Assembly: GCA_947589365.1 (NCBI GenBank)
Contig: CANQAJ010000001.1
Coordinates: forward strand, 11,605-75,604
Length of the DNA: 64,000 nt
From: an uncultured Clostridia bacterium
Lineage (GTDB): Bacteria; Bacillota; Clostridia; Oscillospirales; Acutalibacteraceae
Direction: 5' to 3'
Of this stretch, positions 9,037 to 18,935 are shown piece by piece; positions within the stretch are counted from its first letter, which is position 1; every line of letters starts with the position of its first letter. The notes under the pieces are model-generated. The model was not told where the DNA came from and searched no databases. It saw only the letters and a program-made list of their open reading frames with translations. The position numbers were made by a program, and so were the translations under genes.

Positions 9037-10005
9037 ATGGAATTTCCGTCCGAACTTAAGAACCAAATTGAATTAAATACATCACAATGGTCAATATCCG
9101 AATTGAAAAAGGCTTCGGATAACATAACAAAGAAATATAAAAATGAAAGCGGCAAGGGCAAAAGACTTATTACAGATAAACTTGAAGCGGCCGTTTATTC
9201 CGTGGTACGTATGCCTGCAACCTTTGCCGCCGTATCGGATGCAATTTTTCATACGCTTGAAATTGTCGGAGATAAATACGATATAAAAACACTTCTTGAT
9301 GTCGGAGCAGGTACGGGTGCCGCCGCATGGGCGGCGGATTGTCAGCTTGAGCTTGACGGGATAACCTGCTTAGAACGTGAAAAGGAAATGTCTGCCCTCG
9401 GCAGAGAATTTATGAAGTCGGGCAGTACAGTACTTAAAAATGCCGAATGGATAACCTATGATATTTCACGACCCGAGCTTCCCTGCAATGCCGACCTTGT
9501 AACAGCGGCATATGTCCTGAATGAATTGTCGGATTCGCAGCGTATTGATACAATAAAAAAGCTTTGGAAAGCTGCTAAAAAAGTACTTATTATCATAGAA
9601 CCCGGCACCCCGGACGGTTTTACCGGGCTTAGTACGGCAAGAGATATCCTGCTGAAGGACAATGCACATATTGCCGCTCCCTGTCCGCATGAAAATAAGT
9701 GCAGAATATCTTCCGGTGACTGGTGCCATTTTACTTCAAGGGTACAAAGAAGCAAACTGCATAAAATACTTAAGGGCGGCGATGCACCTTTTGAGGATGA
9801 AAAATATTCATATATGGCATTTGCCCGTACAAATACGGAAACAAACGGCTCAAGAATACTTCGTCACCCATATATAGGCAAGGGTAAAATATCAATGGAA
9901 TTATGCTCGGAAAATGAGAATACTACTGCGATTATAACAAAAAAGCAAGGAGAGCTTTTTAAAATTGCCAAAAAACTAAAATGCGGTGATATATTGCCAA
10001 AATAA
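9037..10005 (+). CDS. Rsm22-family SAM-dependent methyltransferase
   Basis: SAM motif I LLDVGAGTGAAAWAA and the C-terminal Cys cluster CPHENKCRISSGDWCHF match bacterial Rsm22 homologs. Confidence 0.7.
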   Translation: MEFPSELKNQIELNTSQWSISELKKASDNITKKYKNESGKGKRLITDKLEAAVYSVVRMPATFAAVSDAIFHTLEIVGDKYDIKTLLDVGAGTGAAAWAADCQLELDGITCLEREKEMSALGREFMKSGSTVLKNAEWITYDISRPELPCNADLVTAAYVLNELSDSQRIDTIKKLWKAAKKVLIIIEPGTPDGFTGLSTARDILLKDNAHIAAPCPHENKCRISSGDWCHFTSRVQRSKLHKILKGGDAPFEDEKYSYMAFARTNTETNGSRILRHPYIGKGKISMELCSENENTTAIITKKQGELFKIAKKLKCGDILPK

Positions 10006-10045
10006 AAATTAATTATTTATCCATAATTATTTTACGAATTTTTTG

Positions 10046-10074
10046 TTGACTTTTAACAAAGAATACGGTATCAT
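10046..10074 (+). promoter_or_regulatory. Sigma-A-type promoter for the alarmone synthetase gene
   Basis: TTGACT (10046-10051), a 17 nt spacer, then TATCAT (10069-10074). The ORF-track TTG start at 10043 falls inside this promoter. Confidence 0.55.
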
Positions 10075-10090
10075 TGTAAGAAACAAGGGG

Positions 10091-10837
10091 ATGATGAAAA
10101 TGAAAGAACAACAATTTTTACAGACGGCAGATAAGGTTGCAAAAGAATTGGTAGAATTTACACGTCAGGCTGATGTAAACGAGGAATACTTTCTTGATAT
10201 AATTGAAGAAAAGGTATTGCCCGTCGAGCAGTTCTTCGCAAATTACGCTTGTGCCATAATGGAGGTTGAAACAAAGTTCAAGGTGCTGAATGAGCAATTC
10301 TCACTAAAATATGACAGTAACCCCATTGAATCAATTCACTCCCGCATAAAGGACTATGACAGTATTATACGCAAGATTATAAGAAAAAATCTCCCGAGAA
10401 CACTTGAATCTATAGAGGAAAATATAAATGATATAGCCGGTGTGCGTGTTATATGCTCGTTTGTTGATGATATATACCGACTTGCTGCGTGTCTTTTACA
10501 GCAGGATGATATAACACTTATCAGAAAAAAGGATTACATAAAAAATCCGAAGCCTTCCGGTTATAGGAGTCTGCACCTTATTGTACAAGTTCCTATTTTT
10601 GTGGAAAACGAAAAAAGACCGGTTAAGGTAGAGGTTCAGCTTCGCACAATAGCTATGGATTTCTGGGCAAGTCTTGAACATAAGCTAAGATATAAGAAAA
10701 ATATTTCATCGGAAATGATGGATAAACTTTCACATGAGCTGACAGATTGTGCGGAAATAAGTGCTTCGCTTGACAGCCGGATGCAAAATGTAAAAAATCT
10801 GATTTTTTCGGAAAATAATAAGCAAAATGTACAATAA
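10091..10837 (+). CDS. Small alarmone synthetase, RelA/SpoT-domain GTP pyrophosphokinase (RelQ/RelP type)
   Basis: The synthetase motifs DIAGVRVICSFVDDIY, SGYRSLHLIV and EVQLRTIAMDFWASLEHKLRYK are present. AAGGGG precedes ATGATGAAAATG, so the start is 10091, 10094 or 10100. Confidence 0.85.
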   Translation: MMKMKEQQFLQTADKVAKELVEFTRQADVNEEYFLDIIEEKVLPVEQFFANYACAIMEVETKFKVLNEQFSLKYDSNPIESIHSRIKDYDSIIRKIIRKNLPRTLESIEENINDIAGVRVICSFVDDIYRLAACLLQQDDITLIRKKDYIKNPKPSGYRSLHLIVQVPIFVENEKRPVKVEVQLRTIAMDFWASLEHKLRYKKNISSEMMDKLSHELTDCAEISASLDSRMQNVKNLIFSENNKQNVQ

Positions 10838-10884
10838 TGAAAATATTACATAACAGCTTGTTTTTATAAAATGGAGGATAACAT

Positions 10885-11598
10885 ATGGAAAACTATAATG
10901 AATTTCTTGACAGAATAAACTCATTTGAAAAAGAAGAACTTATGATGGATGACAGTGCATTCGTACCAAACAAATCCGTACCGCGTAAGGTAAGACCGGA
11001 CAACAGTTATTCGGATTTTTATGGAGATACTGTTGTATTTGAGCTTGACGAAAATATAAAGGAACGTATTGATAAACTTACGGAAAAACTATTTGAAGAA
11101 GCACCCGAATGTTTCAGTGAAAGACTTCCAAAAAGTACTTACCACATCACATTGCATGATTTATATAATTCCCCTGATATAGATAAAATAGCGAATAAAA
11201 TGTTTTTTGCCGAGGTAAATCTGATAAAGCTTCTTAAAGAAAATCCAATCGGTGTGCAAAAAATAAAAATGAAAGCCACTTATGTTATCAATATGATAAA
11301 TACTTCAGTCGTTCTCGGATTTATTCCCTGTGATGAAGCGGAGTTCAACAAGCTTTCCGGTTTGTATGAGCTTATGCATAAAATAAGGATGCTTGACAGA
11401 CCTCTTACTCCCCATGTTACGCTCGGATATTATAATATCAACGGTTTTTCTGAGGACAGTGTAAAAAGCCTTAAAGCAGCAGTAAGAAATCTCAACAGGG
11501 AGCTTTCCGACTTTGAAATTGAGCTTTCAACGGAAAAGCTGTACTATCAGAAATTTATCAGCATGAAGGAATATATAAATATATTTTCTCTCGGCTGA
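10885..11598 (+). CDS. 2H phosphoesterase superfamily protein (LigT / cyclic phosphodiesterase-like)
   Basis: Two HxTx motifs occur at the expected spacing: TYHITLHDL and TPHVTLGYY. Confidence 0.6.
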   Translation: MENYNEFLDRINSFEKEELMMDDSAFVPNKSVPRKVRPDNSYSDFYGDTVVFELDENIKERIDKLTEKLFEEAPECFSERLPKSTYHITLHDLYNSPDIDKIANKMFFAEVNLIKLLKENPIGVQKIKMKATYVINMINTSVVLGFIPCDEAEFNKLSGLYELMHKIRMLDRPLTPHVTLGYYNINGFSEDSVKSLKAAVRNLNRELSDFEIELSTEKLYYQKFISMKEYINIFSLG

Positions 11599-11612
11599 TT
11601 TAAAAAAAGGTC

Positions 11613-11640
11613 TTGACATCGGGAAAAAATGAGTTATAAT
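11613..11640 (+). promoter_or_regulatory. Sigma-A-type promoter of the alaS leader
   Basis: TTGACA (11613-11618), a 16 nt spacer, then TATAAT (11635-11640). Confidence 0.65.
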
Positions 11641-11647
11641 ATTGTAG

Positions 11648-11877
11648 TAAATATATAACGGCTGTGAAGAGAAAAAGAGCGGAAGCTGCACCAAAGAGAG
11701 GGGAGCAACGGTGTGATATCCCTGTGTAAGAACGCTCGGGCTAACTCGGAGTTCTGCTAAAAATGCAGCGTCCGACCGCGTTAAGGTTTTTGAGCGGCAT
11801 ATGGCTTTCCGTATGCAATTTGGGTGGTAACACGGATTCTTTCGTCCCATAACGAAAGGATTCGTGTTTATTTTTGG
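11648..11877 (+). promoter_or_regulatory. T-box riboswitch leader (probable Ala specifier GCU) with terminator/antiterminator
   Basis: The conserved T-box sequence aatttgggtggtaacacgg lies at 11816-11836. It overlaps the 5' arm of the terminator cacggattctttcgt / acgaaaggattcgtg, which is followed by tttattttt. Stem I AGAGA/GA motifs are present. A GCU followed by A at 11740-11743 sits in a loop-like context. The leader lies directly upstream of alaS. Confidence 0.85.
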
Positions 11878-11929
11878 AATTAATATCCTTTATTGAACAG
11901 CCGAAAAATTAATAAAAAGGTGATAAAAA

Positions 11930-14557
11930 ATGAAATGGACAGGACTTAATGAGCTGAGGGAAAAATATCTTTCCTTCTTTGAATCAAAGGGACATCTGAG
12001 GCTTCCGAGCTTCCCCCTTATCCCCCGTGATGATAAGAGCCTTCTGCTTATAAATTCGGGTATGGCTCCTATGAAAAAGTATTTTACAGGCGAGGTAACT
12101 CCCCCGAGAAAGAGAGTTACCACCTGTCAGAAATGTATCCGTACTCCGGATATTGAAAGAGTAGGTATTACTGCACGTCACGGAACATTTTTTGAAATGC
12201 TCGGTAATTTCTCTTTCGGGGATTATTTCAAACATGAGGCTACAAAATGGGCATGGGAATTTTGTACTGAAGTATTGGATCTCCCCGTTGATAAGATATG
12301 GGTATCAATATATGAAAATGATGATGAAGCATTTAAGATATGGACAGAAGAAGTCGGAGTTTCTCCCGAGCGTATAGTACGCCTTGGAAAAGAGGATAAT
12401 TTCTGGGAGCATGGCGAGGGTCCCTGCGGTCCGTGTTCAGAGCTTTATTTTGACAGGGGAGAAAAATACGGCTGCGGCAAACCAACCTGCGGGGTCGGCT
12501 GTGACTGTGACAGATATGTTGAATTTTGGAATAACGTATTTACTCAGTTCGACAATGACGGCAAGGGAAATTATACACCGCTCGACCATCCGAATATTGA
12601 TACGGGAATGGGTCTTGAACGTCTTGCCTGCATTATGCAGGGTGTTGACAATCTTTTCCTTGTTGATACCGTGCAGAATATAATGAAGAAGATAACCGAG
12701 CTTGTAGGTGCAAAATACGGTGATGACGAAAAAACGGATATTTCACTGCGTGTTATAACCGACCATATAAGAAGTGTTACATTTATGATCGGTGACGGAG
12801 TTATGCCCTCAAATGAAGGCAGAGGCTATGTACTCCGCAGACTTCTCAGGAGAGCGGCACGTCACGGCAGGCTTCTCGGTGTGAGCGAACCCTTCCTCTA
12901 TAAAGTTGTTGATACGGTGATTGCGGAAAATCCCGCATACCCCGAGCTTTCGGAAAAGCGTGAAATTATCGTTAAGGTAATAAAAACCGAGGAAGAAGCT
13001 TTCTGCCGTACTCTCAATCAGGGTTCCGCACTTCTCAATGATATAATAGAAAAATCCGAGGTAAACAGAATTTCGGGCGAGGATGCATTCAAGCTTAACG
13101 ATACATTCGGCTTCCCCATAGATCTGATTAAGGAAATTGCGGCAGAAAAAGGAATGATAGTTGATCTTGAGGGGTATGAAAAACTTCTTAAGGAACAGAA
13201 AGCACGTGCAAAGGCAGCAAGGAAAAATGCGGGAGCAGAGGCATGGCTCAGTGATGCCGTTGATTTCGGCAATATAGGAAAAACAGAATTTCTCGGTTAT
13301 ACGCAGCTTAACTCAGAGGCAAAGATCCTTGCCATTGTCAAGGACGGCGAAAAGGTTGAATTTGGCGGCACGGGTGATGATGTTGTAATTGTCCTTGATA
13401 AAACTCCGTTCTATGCGGAAAGCGGCGGACAGGTCGGAGATACAGGTATGCTTACCACCGACAATTCGGTTATTAAGGTTGCAGATACCGTTAAGGACAA
13501 TAACGGAATATATATGCATCGCTGTGAAATTTCCGAGGGTACTATTGAGGTTGGCGATATTGTAAACGCACAAGTCGATGAAGATACAAGGTATAGCATT
13601 ATGCGTAACCACACAGCGGCACATCTTCTTCAGGCTGCACTCCGTCAGGTTCTCGGAACTCATGTCGAGCAGGCAGGTCAGCTTGTTACTGCCGATAAGC
13701 TTCGTTTTGACTTCACTCATTTTTCGGCTGTAACTCCCGAAGAGCTTAAGAAGGTTGAAAATCTTGTAAATGAGCAGATTTTCAAGGGAATTGATGTAGT
13801 AACAAAGGAAATGCCCGTAGACGAGGCAAAGAAGCTTGGAGCAATGGCACTGTTCGGAGAAAAATACGGTGATATTGTACGTGTTGTTATGGTTGACGAA
13901 TTTTCAAAGGAATTCTGCGGCGGTACACATATAGAGAACACCTCAAAAATCGGACTTTTCCGCATAATCGGAGAAAACTCCGTGGCAGCCGGTGTAAGGA
14001 GAATTGAGGCTGTGACAGGCAGAGGCGTACTTTTGGTTCTTGATGAAATTACGGATATACTGACAAAATCCATGAAGCTGTTCAAGTCAACCGCCATGTC
14101 GGGATTTGTTGCGGCAAGCGAAAAGGTAATAGAGGAAATGAAAGCAAAAGACAGAGAAATAGCTGTTTTGACGTCCAAGCTTTCCGCACAGGGTGTGGAG
14201 AATATGCTTTCTTCCGCATCCGTGAAAAACGGTGTGCGTATAGCAGCCGCAAAATTCCTTAATACTAATACGGCGACACTTAAGACAATGACAGACAGTC
14301 TGCTTGACACTGCCCCGGATTGCGTTGCAGTAATGTTCGGAGTAGACAACGGAAAAGCAAATATCTCTGTTGCAGTCGGCAAGGAGGCTCAGGCAAAGGG
14401 CGGTCATGCGGGTAAAATCGTCAAGGCTGTAGCCGGGCTTGTCGGCGGTAAGGGCGGCGGAAAGCCCGAACGTGCTATGGCAGGTGTCGGGGATATTTCC
14501 AAAATTGACTCCGCCCTCGGAAAAATCGAGGAAATTGTCGCTGAGTATATAAAATAA
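11930..14557 (+). CDS. alaS: Alanine--tRNA ligase
   Basis: The protein is 875 aa. It has the class II core (WNNVFTQF), the editing-domain motifs HTAAHLL and CGGTH, and a C-terminal DHHA1-like domain. Confidence 0.97.
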   Translation: MKWTGLNELREKYLSFFESKGHLRLPSFPLIPRDDKSLLLINSGMAPMKKYFTGEVTPPRKRVTTCQKCIRTPDIERVGITARHGTFFEMLGNFSFGDYFKHEATKWAWEFCTEVLDLPVDKIWVSIYENDDEAFKIWTEEVGVSPERIVRLGKEDNFWEHGEGPCGPCSELYFDRGEKYGCGKPTCGVGCDCDRYVEFWNNVFTQFDNDGKGNYTPLDHPNIDTGMGLERLACIMQGVDNLFLVDTVQNIMKKITELVGAKYGDDEKTDISLRVITDHIRSVTFMIGDGVMPSNEGRGYVLRRLLRRAARHGRLLGVSEPFLYKVVDTVIAENPAYPELSEKREIIVKVIKTEEEAFCRTLNQGSALLNDIIEKSEVNRISGEDAFKLNDTFGFPIDLIKEIAAEKGMIVDLEGYEKLLKEQKARAKAARKNAGAEAWLSDAVDFGNIGKTEFLGYTQLNSEAKILAIVKDGEKVEFGGTGDDVVIVLDKTPFYAESGGQVGDTGMLTTDNSVIKVADTVKDNNGIYMHRCEISEGTIEVGDIVNAQVDEDTRYSIMRNHTAAHLLQAALRQVLGTHVEQAGQLVTADKLRFDFTHFSAVTPEELKKVENLVNEQIFKGIDVVTKEMPVDEAKKLGAMALFGEKYGDIVRVVMVDEFSKEFCGGTHIENTSKIGLFRIIGENSVAAGVRRIEAVTGRGVLLVLDEITDILTKSMKLFKSTAMSGFVAASEKVIEEMKAKDREIAVLTSKLSAQGVENMLSSASVKNGVRIAAAKFLNTNTATLKTMTDSLLDTAPDCVAVMFGVDNGKANISVAVGKEAQAKGGHAGKIVKAVAGLVGGKGGGKPERAMAGVGDISKIDSALGKIEEIVAEYIK

Positions 14558-14565
14558 TAAATTTT

Positions 14566-14613
14566 AACGGACTTAGTCTTAATTTCGGATGATAAAGACT
14601 AAGTCCGTTTTTA
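14566..14613 (+). terminator. Rho-independent terminator after alaS
   Basis: A 15 bp stem (aacggacttagtctt / aagactaagtccgtt) is followed by a T-run. Confidence 0.8.
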
Positions 14614-14697
14614 TATAAATTTTAAAACAGGACTGCCGCATAACATGGCAGCCCTGCTGAGCTTTTAGCTATTTAGTTAATGACCGTTAATACCGAT

Positions 14698-16506
14698 TTA
14701 CACATCAGAGATACCAACGGCAGCATAATCGGAATCATCGTAATAATTGTAATCATCATAATAATCGGAATCATAGTAATCATCATAACCATCATATGAA
14801 TACGGAATATCATATGAGGGTGCCAGATCCTCATATTCCTCTTTGGTCATATCAAACAGATTCTTTTCGGCATTGATCGTATTCATCTCAGGCACAGAGG
14901 AAATCTCTATTTTCATTGAAACAGTCTGATTTTCCGACGTATCGTATGATGAACCGGAGGGTACTTCAAAACTAAAGGACGCCTTGTTGTCCTCTACAAC
15001 AGCATCACAGGTATAAGATTGCCCGCCGGCTGTCAGCGTGAGCTTATTGTTATTATCATCATAGTCAATTCTTGCAATCTCCTGACCTGATGCAGAACCG
15101 TCCGTATCGGAACCGGCTGTCAGAACGTATGACACAACTCCGCCGTTCACTTCCTTGTACAATGATACACTTGTACTAAACATTACATTTGAAACGGTAA
15201 ATTTTATATTCATATAAGGCTCATGTGAAAACTCCAAAGAAATTTTTATATTTGAGGATACATCTTCCGCAGCCTTAAGGTTAAGCTCAAGCTTTGCAAT
15301 TTCCTTATTGTCTTTTCTTGTGTAGTTCGTTAGTGTAATTAAAATGCTCTTAGCCTGTTCGGATTCGCTGAATGATGAAATAAGATTATCAAAGGTTTCA
15401 TTTATGCTGTCGATAAGCTCGGCTTTATTTCCGATATCATCCTTATTGTTATTCTGATAGTTTACAATCTCTGTTTTTGTATCATTTAGTATCGCAAGAA
15501 TAGCATTATAATCCAAGGTATATGTAACTATATCAACGGATACATCTTTACCGTTTACGGTTGCTGTGCCGTCCCCAACTGTAACCTTGCAGTCCTGCTC
15601 GATCTTTTTGAGAAGTCCGTCATAAAATTCCTCCATATCCTCTTTCTTGCTGTCAATGTTCTGAAGATTATGATACATACTCTCGAACTGACTGATAAAC
15701 TGATTAAACTCTTCCTCGTCAATATTCAGAACGTTATCCTTATCGGGCGAGAAAATGGAATTGCCTGCCTGCTCTCTTAACTTTCCGGATTCAACATAGT
15801 ACTTACCTTGTTTGCCGTTCATATCAAAATTAAAATCAATACGGTTTACATCGGTGTAAATCTCAAAGAGAGTATTTTCTGTACCGGCGGCACTACCGAT
15901 AAACACATTCGGCACATTTGTTGCGTTGGATTTCATATAATACTTTTTTCCCGAATTATCATATGAGAACACCATATCCATGGAGCTGCCCTGCTCATCG
16001 TTTTTCGGTGCGGCAGACACCTTCACGGTTCCCTGTTCATTACAGCTTTTAAGTACAGCGAAAAGATTATTCTCCTCCGAACCGGAATTGTCAAAATATG
16101 TCTGATATGAACTTAAAACATACCTTGTCGGATTGTTTACCAGATATTCCCTTTCCATTCTGTTTCTTATAAAAAGGAAAGAAAAAACCCCCAACAATGC
16201 CACCAAAAGTGCAACCACGGCAATTATAATTACTCTTTTTGCACCACCGGACGATCTCTTATTATCAATAACACCCGCTGTTGAATCATATGACATAAAA
16301 GACTGTCCCGCCGGCTCAAGAGGTCTGACAGGCTCCGGTACAGCATTATTCGGAGTCTGAACATTGTTCGGAGTCTGAAAGTCCTGTGAGTATAAATTAT
16401 TATTCTCAGTACTCTGACCCACAGCACCCGCATCCAGCTTACAGCCGCAGGATAAACAAAATCCGTACCCCTCGCCACATTCTTTTCCGCATTGCGGACA
16501 AAACAT
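14698..16506 (-). CDS. Zinc-ribbon membrane-anchored protein with a large extracytoplasmic domain and an Asp/Tyr-rich tail
   Basis: The N-terminus MFCPQCGKECGEGYGFCLSCGC is a zinc ribbon. One TM helix follows (IIIAVVALLVALLGVFSFLFI). The C-terminus is YDGYDDYYDSDYYDDYNYYDDSDY. AAGGAG lies 8 nt upstream of ATG 16506. Confidence 0.7.
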   Translation of the reverse strand: MFCPQCGKECGEGYGFCLSCGCKLDAGAVGQSTENNNLYSQDFQTPNNVQTPNNAVPEPVRPLEPAGQSFMSYDSTAGVIDNKRSSGGAKRVIIIAVVALLVALLGVFSFLFIRNRMEREYLVNNPTRYVLSSYQTYFDNSGSEENNLFAVLKSCNEQGTVKVSAAPKNDEQGSSMDMVFSYDNSGKKYYMKSNATNVPNVFIGSAAGTENTLFEIYTDVNRIDFNFDMNGKQGKYYVESGKLREQAGNSIFSPDKDNVLNIDEEEFNQFISQFESMYHNLQNIDSKKEDMEEFYDGLLKKIEQDCKVTVGDGTATVNGKDVSVDIVTYTLDYNAILAILNDTKTEIVNYQNNNKDDIGNKAELIDSINETFDNLISSFSESEQAKSILITLTNYTRKDNKEIAKLELNLKAAEDVSSNIKISLEFSHEPYMNIKFTVSNVMFSTSVSLYKEVNGGVVSYVLTAGSDTDGSASGQEIARIDYDDNNNKLTLTAGGQSYTCDAVVEDNKASFSFEVPSGSSYDTSENQTVSMKIEISSVPEMNTINAEKNLFDMTKEEYEDLAPSYDIPYSYDGYDDYYDSDYYDDYNYYDDSDYAAVGISDV

Positions 16507-16687
16507 AAAAATCACTCCTTTGTCTGAGATAGGACATATAATATACGTTCAAGTTAATTATAAAACAAAAACAATACAATTTGTTAAAAAAATCAAAAAT
16601 TTTTCAATTTTGTATAAACTCACAAATTTTAGAACGTATTTTTATAAATTTGAACAATAATGATACAAACCTGTGGCAGATAAAAAT

Positions 16688-17665
16688 TTATCGGGAATTC
16701 TCTTTGAATATTGAGATGTTCTTCCCATCGGATGCCGCTATCACACTCCCGTCAAGGTCTGTTCTGTAAATTTCCGCACCCGAATCCTCAAGTCTTTTAA
16801 CCGTATCCTTATCGGGCAGATATTTATTTTTCGTTCCCACGGATATAACGGCATATTTCGGAGAAACGGCACCGAGAAATTCCTCTGTTGTTGCTGTTTT
16901 ACTTCCGTGGTGGGAAACTTTGAGTATATCGGCCGCTACATCCGCATTTTCTTCGAGTAAATTCTTTTCCGCAGCCTTACCCGCATCACCTGTGAAAAGT
17001 ATCGAAATCTCTTTATACGAAATTTTAACAACAATTGAATTATCATTATCGTTACCGTATTCTTTATCGGGTGATAATACATCAACTGTCATATCGCCGA
17101 CTTCATACCTTCCTGTTTCGGGACATTTGATTTTTATTTTTTTATCCCCGGCAATCCTATATAAAATATTTTCATCCTCGGTACGGCTATTATTTGTTTC
17201 AGGAGGATATTTTCCTGTCCATAACTCCCCTATTTCATATTTCTCCGATATATGTGAAAAATCTCCTATATGGTCGCTGTCATTATGTGTTGCTATAAAT
17301 AAATCTATACCGTCAATGTCAAAATGACTCAGATATTCGGCAGCTGTGCCGTTTAATGTATATTCGCCGCAATCTATCATTATGTTTGCATCATCCGTAT
17401 GCACAAGAATTGCATCGCCGTTTCCTACATCAATGAAATGTACCGACATAGGATAATCGTCTGCCTTTGATGAAAACTCGGATATACCTAAAAAATTGTA
17501 TATCCCTTTGCTTATGCTATCATATGCACCCGACAGATACAACAGATATAATGCTATTATTAAAAATACAGACATCACGGATATCAAATATACCGTGACC
17601 TGTCTGTATCTTTTGCGAACCTTAAATTGCTCCCAAGGAGTCATATATCTAAATTTTCTTTTCAT
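16688..17665 (-). CDS. ComEC/Rec2-related metallo-beta-lactamase fold hydrolase with an N-terminal TM anchor
   Basis: The MBL motifs HFIDVGNGDAILVH, ATHNDSDHIGD and VSHHGSK are present. Confidence 0.8.
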   Translation of the reverse strand: MKRKFRYMTPWEQFKVRKRYRQVTVYLISVMSVFLIIALYLLYLSGAYDSISKGIYNFLGISEFSSKADDYPMSVHFIDVGNGDAILVHTDDANIMIDCGEYTLNGTAAEYLSHFDIDGIDLFIATHNDSDHIGDFSHISEKYEIGELWTGKYPPETNNSRTEDENILYRIAGDKKIKIKCPETGRYEVGDMTVDVLSPDKEYGNDNDNSIVVKISYKEISILFTGDAGKAAEKNLLEENADVAADILKVSHHGSKTATTEEFLGAVSPKYAVISVGTKNKYLPDKDTVKRLEDSGAEIYRTDLDGSVIAASDGKNISIFKENSR

Positions 17666-18935
17666 TTTTATCCGGTGTGTAAATCATAAGTATGGTATTG
17701 ATACGCTGATCCTCAATTTCCGTAACTGTGATCTTCAGTTCCTTATATTGAAATGCTGAATTAACTTCGGGTATATCGCCGATTTGCTCAATTACCCAGC
17801 CTCCCACGGATTTGCTGTCGGATTCAATATATCTGTCATCCTTGTCAATCAGTTCAAGCATATCATCAATATTCATATCTCCGCTTATCTCAAACTCGTT
17901 TTCGCCAAGCTTTTTAAACTTATGTTCTATCTCCTCGTCCTCATCCCATATATCACCGACAAGCTGCTCGAGAAGATCCTCCATTGTTGCTATTCCGAGA
18001 GTTCCGCCGTAATCATCTGTGACAATGGCAATATGAACCTTTTTGTATTTGAAATCCGCAAGCAGAGAGGATAGCTTCTTGCTCCTGTATACAAAATATG
18101 CCGGCTGTATCAAAGTTACTATATCAGGCTCAACACTTCCGAGGAGGGCTTCAAGATAATCACGTGTATGCAGTATCCCCACTATATTGTCAATATTATT
18201 CTTATATACCGGTATCCTGGTATAACGCTCCGAAAGAATAATTTCCTTGATTTTTTCCTTATCCTCATCAATATCTATCGCCGTCATATCTACCCTTGGA
18301 GTGAGTATATCATATGCGGTCTTTTCGTCAAAATCAAGTGCGGACTGAACAAGCTCGCTTTCCTGTTCCTCAAGCACACCTTCCTCTTCAATACTTTCAA
18401 CAATATACTTAAGTTCATCCTCGGTAACACTCGGTTCTTTTTCCTTATCCTTATTCTTTCCCGCAACCTTTGCAAATGCATTTTTTATCTTGAGCAGAAC
18501 AAAGCTGAACGGCGTAAAGACCGCCATCATAAATAATAATACCGAAGCCGTTGATATACAGATTTTTTCATTATTTTCAATAGCAAAATTTTTGGGAAGT
18601 ACCTCACCGCATATAAGTACCACAACGGTTATAACAACCGTACTCACGATAGTTCCTACAGCATCCCCGAAAAACGACACAAACATCAGAGTTGCCAAGG
18701 AAGATGATGCTATATTGACAATATTATTTCCTACCAATATGGTGGAAAGTGCCTTGTCGTAATTTTCCGTAATATAAAGTGCTTTGGATGCCTTCTTATC
18801 TCCGTTATCTGCTTTATTTCTGAGTCGGATTTTACTAACGGATGAAAAAGCTGTTTCAGTTGCCGAAAAAAACGCTGAACACATTATCAAAACCGCTATT
18901 ACAGCTGTCATCAGCCATAGATTCAAAAAAATCAC
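17649..18935 (-). CDS. CNNM/HlyC-CorC family transporter (DUF21, CBS pair, CorC_HlyC)
   Basis: The protein has an N-terminal 4-TM DUF21 domain, a central CBS region and a C-terminal CorC-type domain. The start is ambiguous: GTG 18935 overlaps the upstream stop, or TTG 18926 lies 7 nt after AGGAG. Confidence 0.85.
   Translation of the reverse strand: MIFLNLWLMTAVIAVLIMCSAFFSATETAFSSVSKIRLRNKADNGDKKASKALYITENYDKALSTILVGNNIVNIASSSLATLMFVSFFGDAVGTIVSTVVITVVVLICGEVLPKNFAIENNEKICISTASVLLFMMAVFTPFSFVLLKIKNAFAKVAGKNKDKEKEPSVTEDELKYIVESIEEEGVLEEQESELVQSALDFDEKTAYDILTPRVDMTAIDIDEDKEKIKEIILSERYTRIPVYKNNIDNIVGILHTRDYLEALLGSVEPDIVTLIQPAYFVYRSKKLSSLLADFKYKKVHIAIVTDDYGGTLGIATMEDLLEQLVGDIWDEDEEIEHKFKKLGENEFEISGDMNIDDMLELIDKDDRYIESDSKSVGGWVIEQIGDIPEVNSAFQYKELKITVTEIEDQRINTILMIYTPDKNEKKI

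Noticed and set aside
10043-10090. The N-terminal extension of the alarmone synthetase in the ORF track (TTG start at 10043).
   Set aside because: The TTG lies inside a good TTGACT-N17-TATCAT promoter, and an AAGGGG RBS precedes the ATG cluster at 10091-10100. The extension is probably untranslated.
10091-11598. The idea that the alarmone synthetase and its downstream gene form a toxSAS toxin-antitoxin pair.
   Set aside because: The synthetase has the full-length RelQ/RelP-type housekeeping architecture and motifs. The neighbour is a 2H phosphoesterase rather than a small antitoxin or a SAH hydrolase. No mobile or defence context surrounds the pair.
13717-14407. Minus-strand ORFs of 221 aa and 106 aa lie inside alaS.
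   Set aside because: They are antisense to a full-length, motif-complete AlaS. The Ser/Thr/Ala-rich translations are typical of antisense frames.
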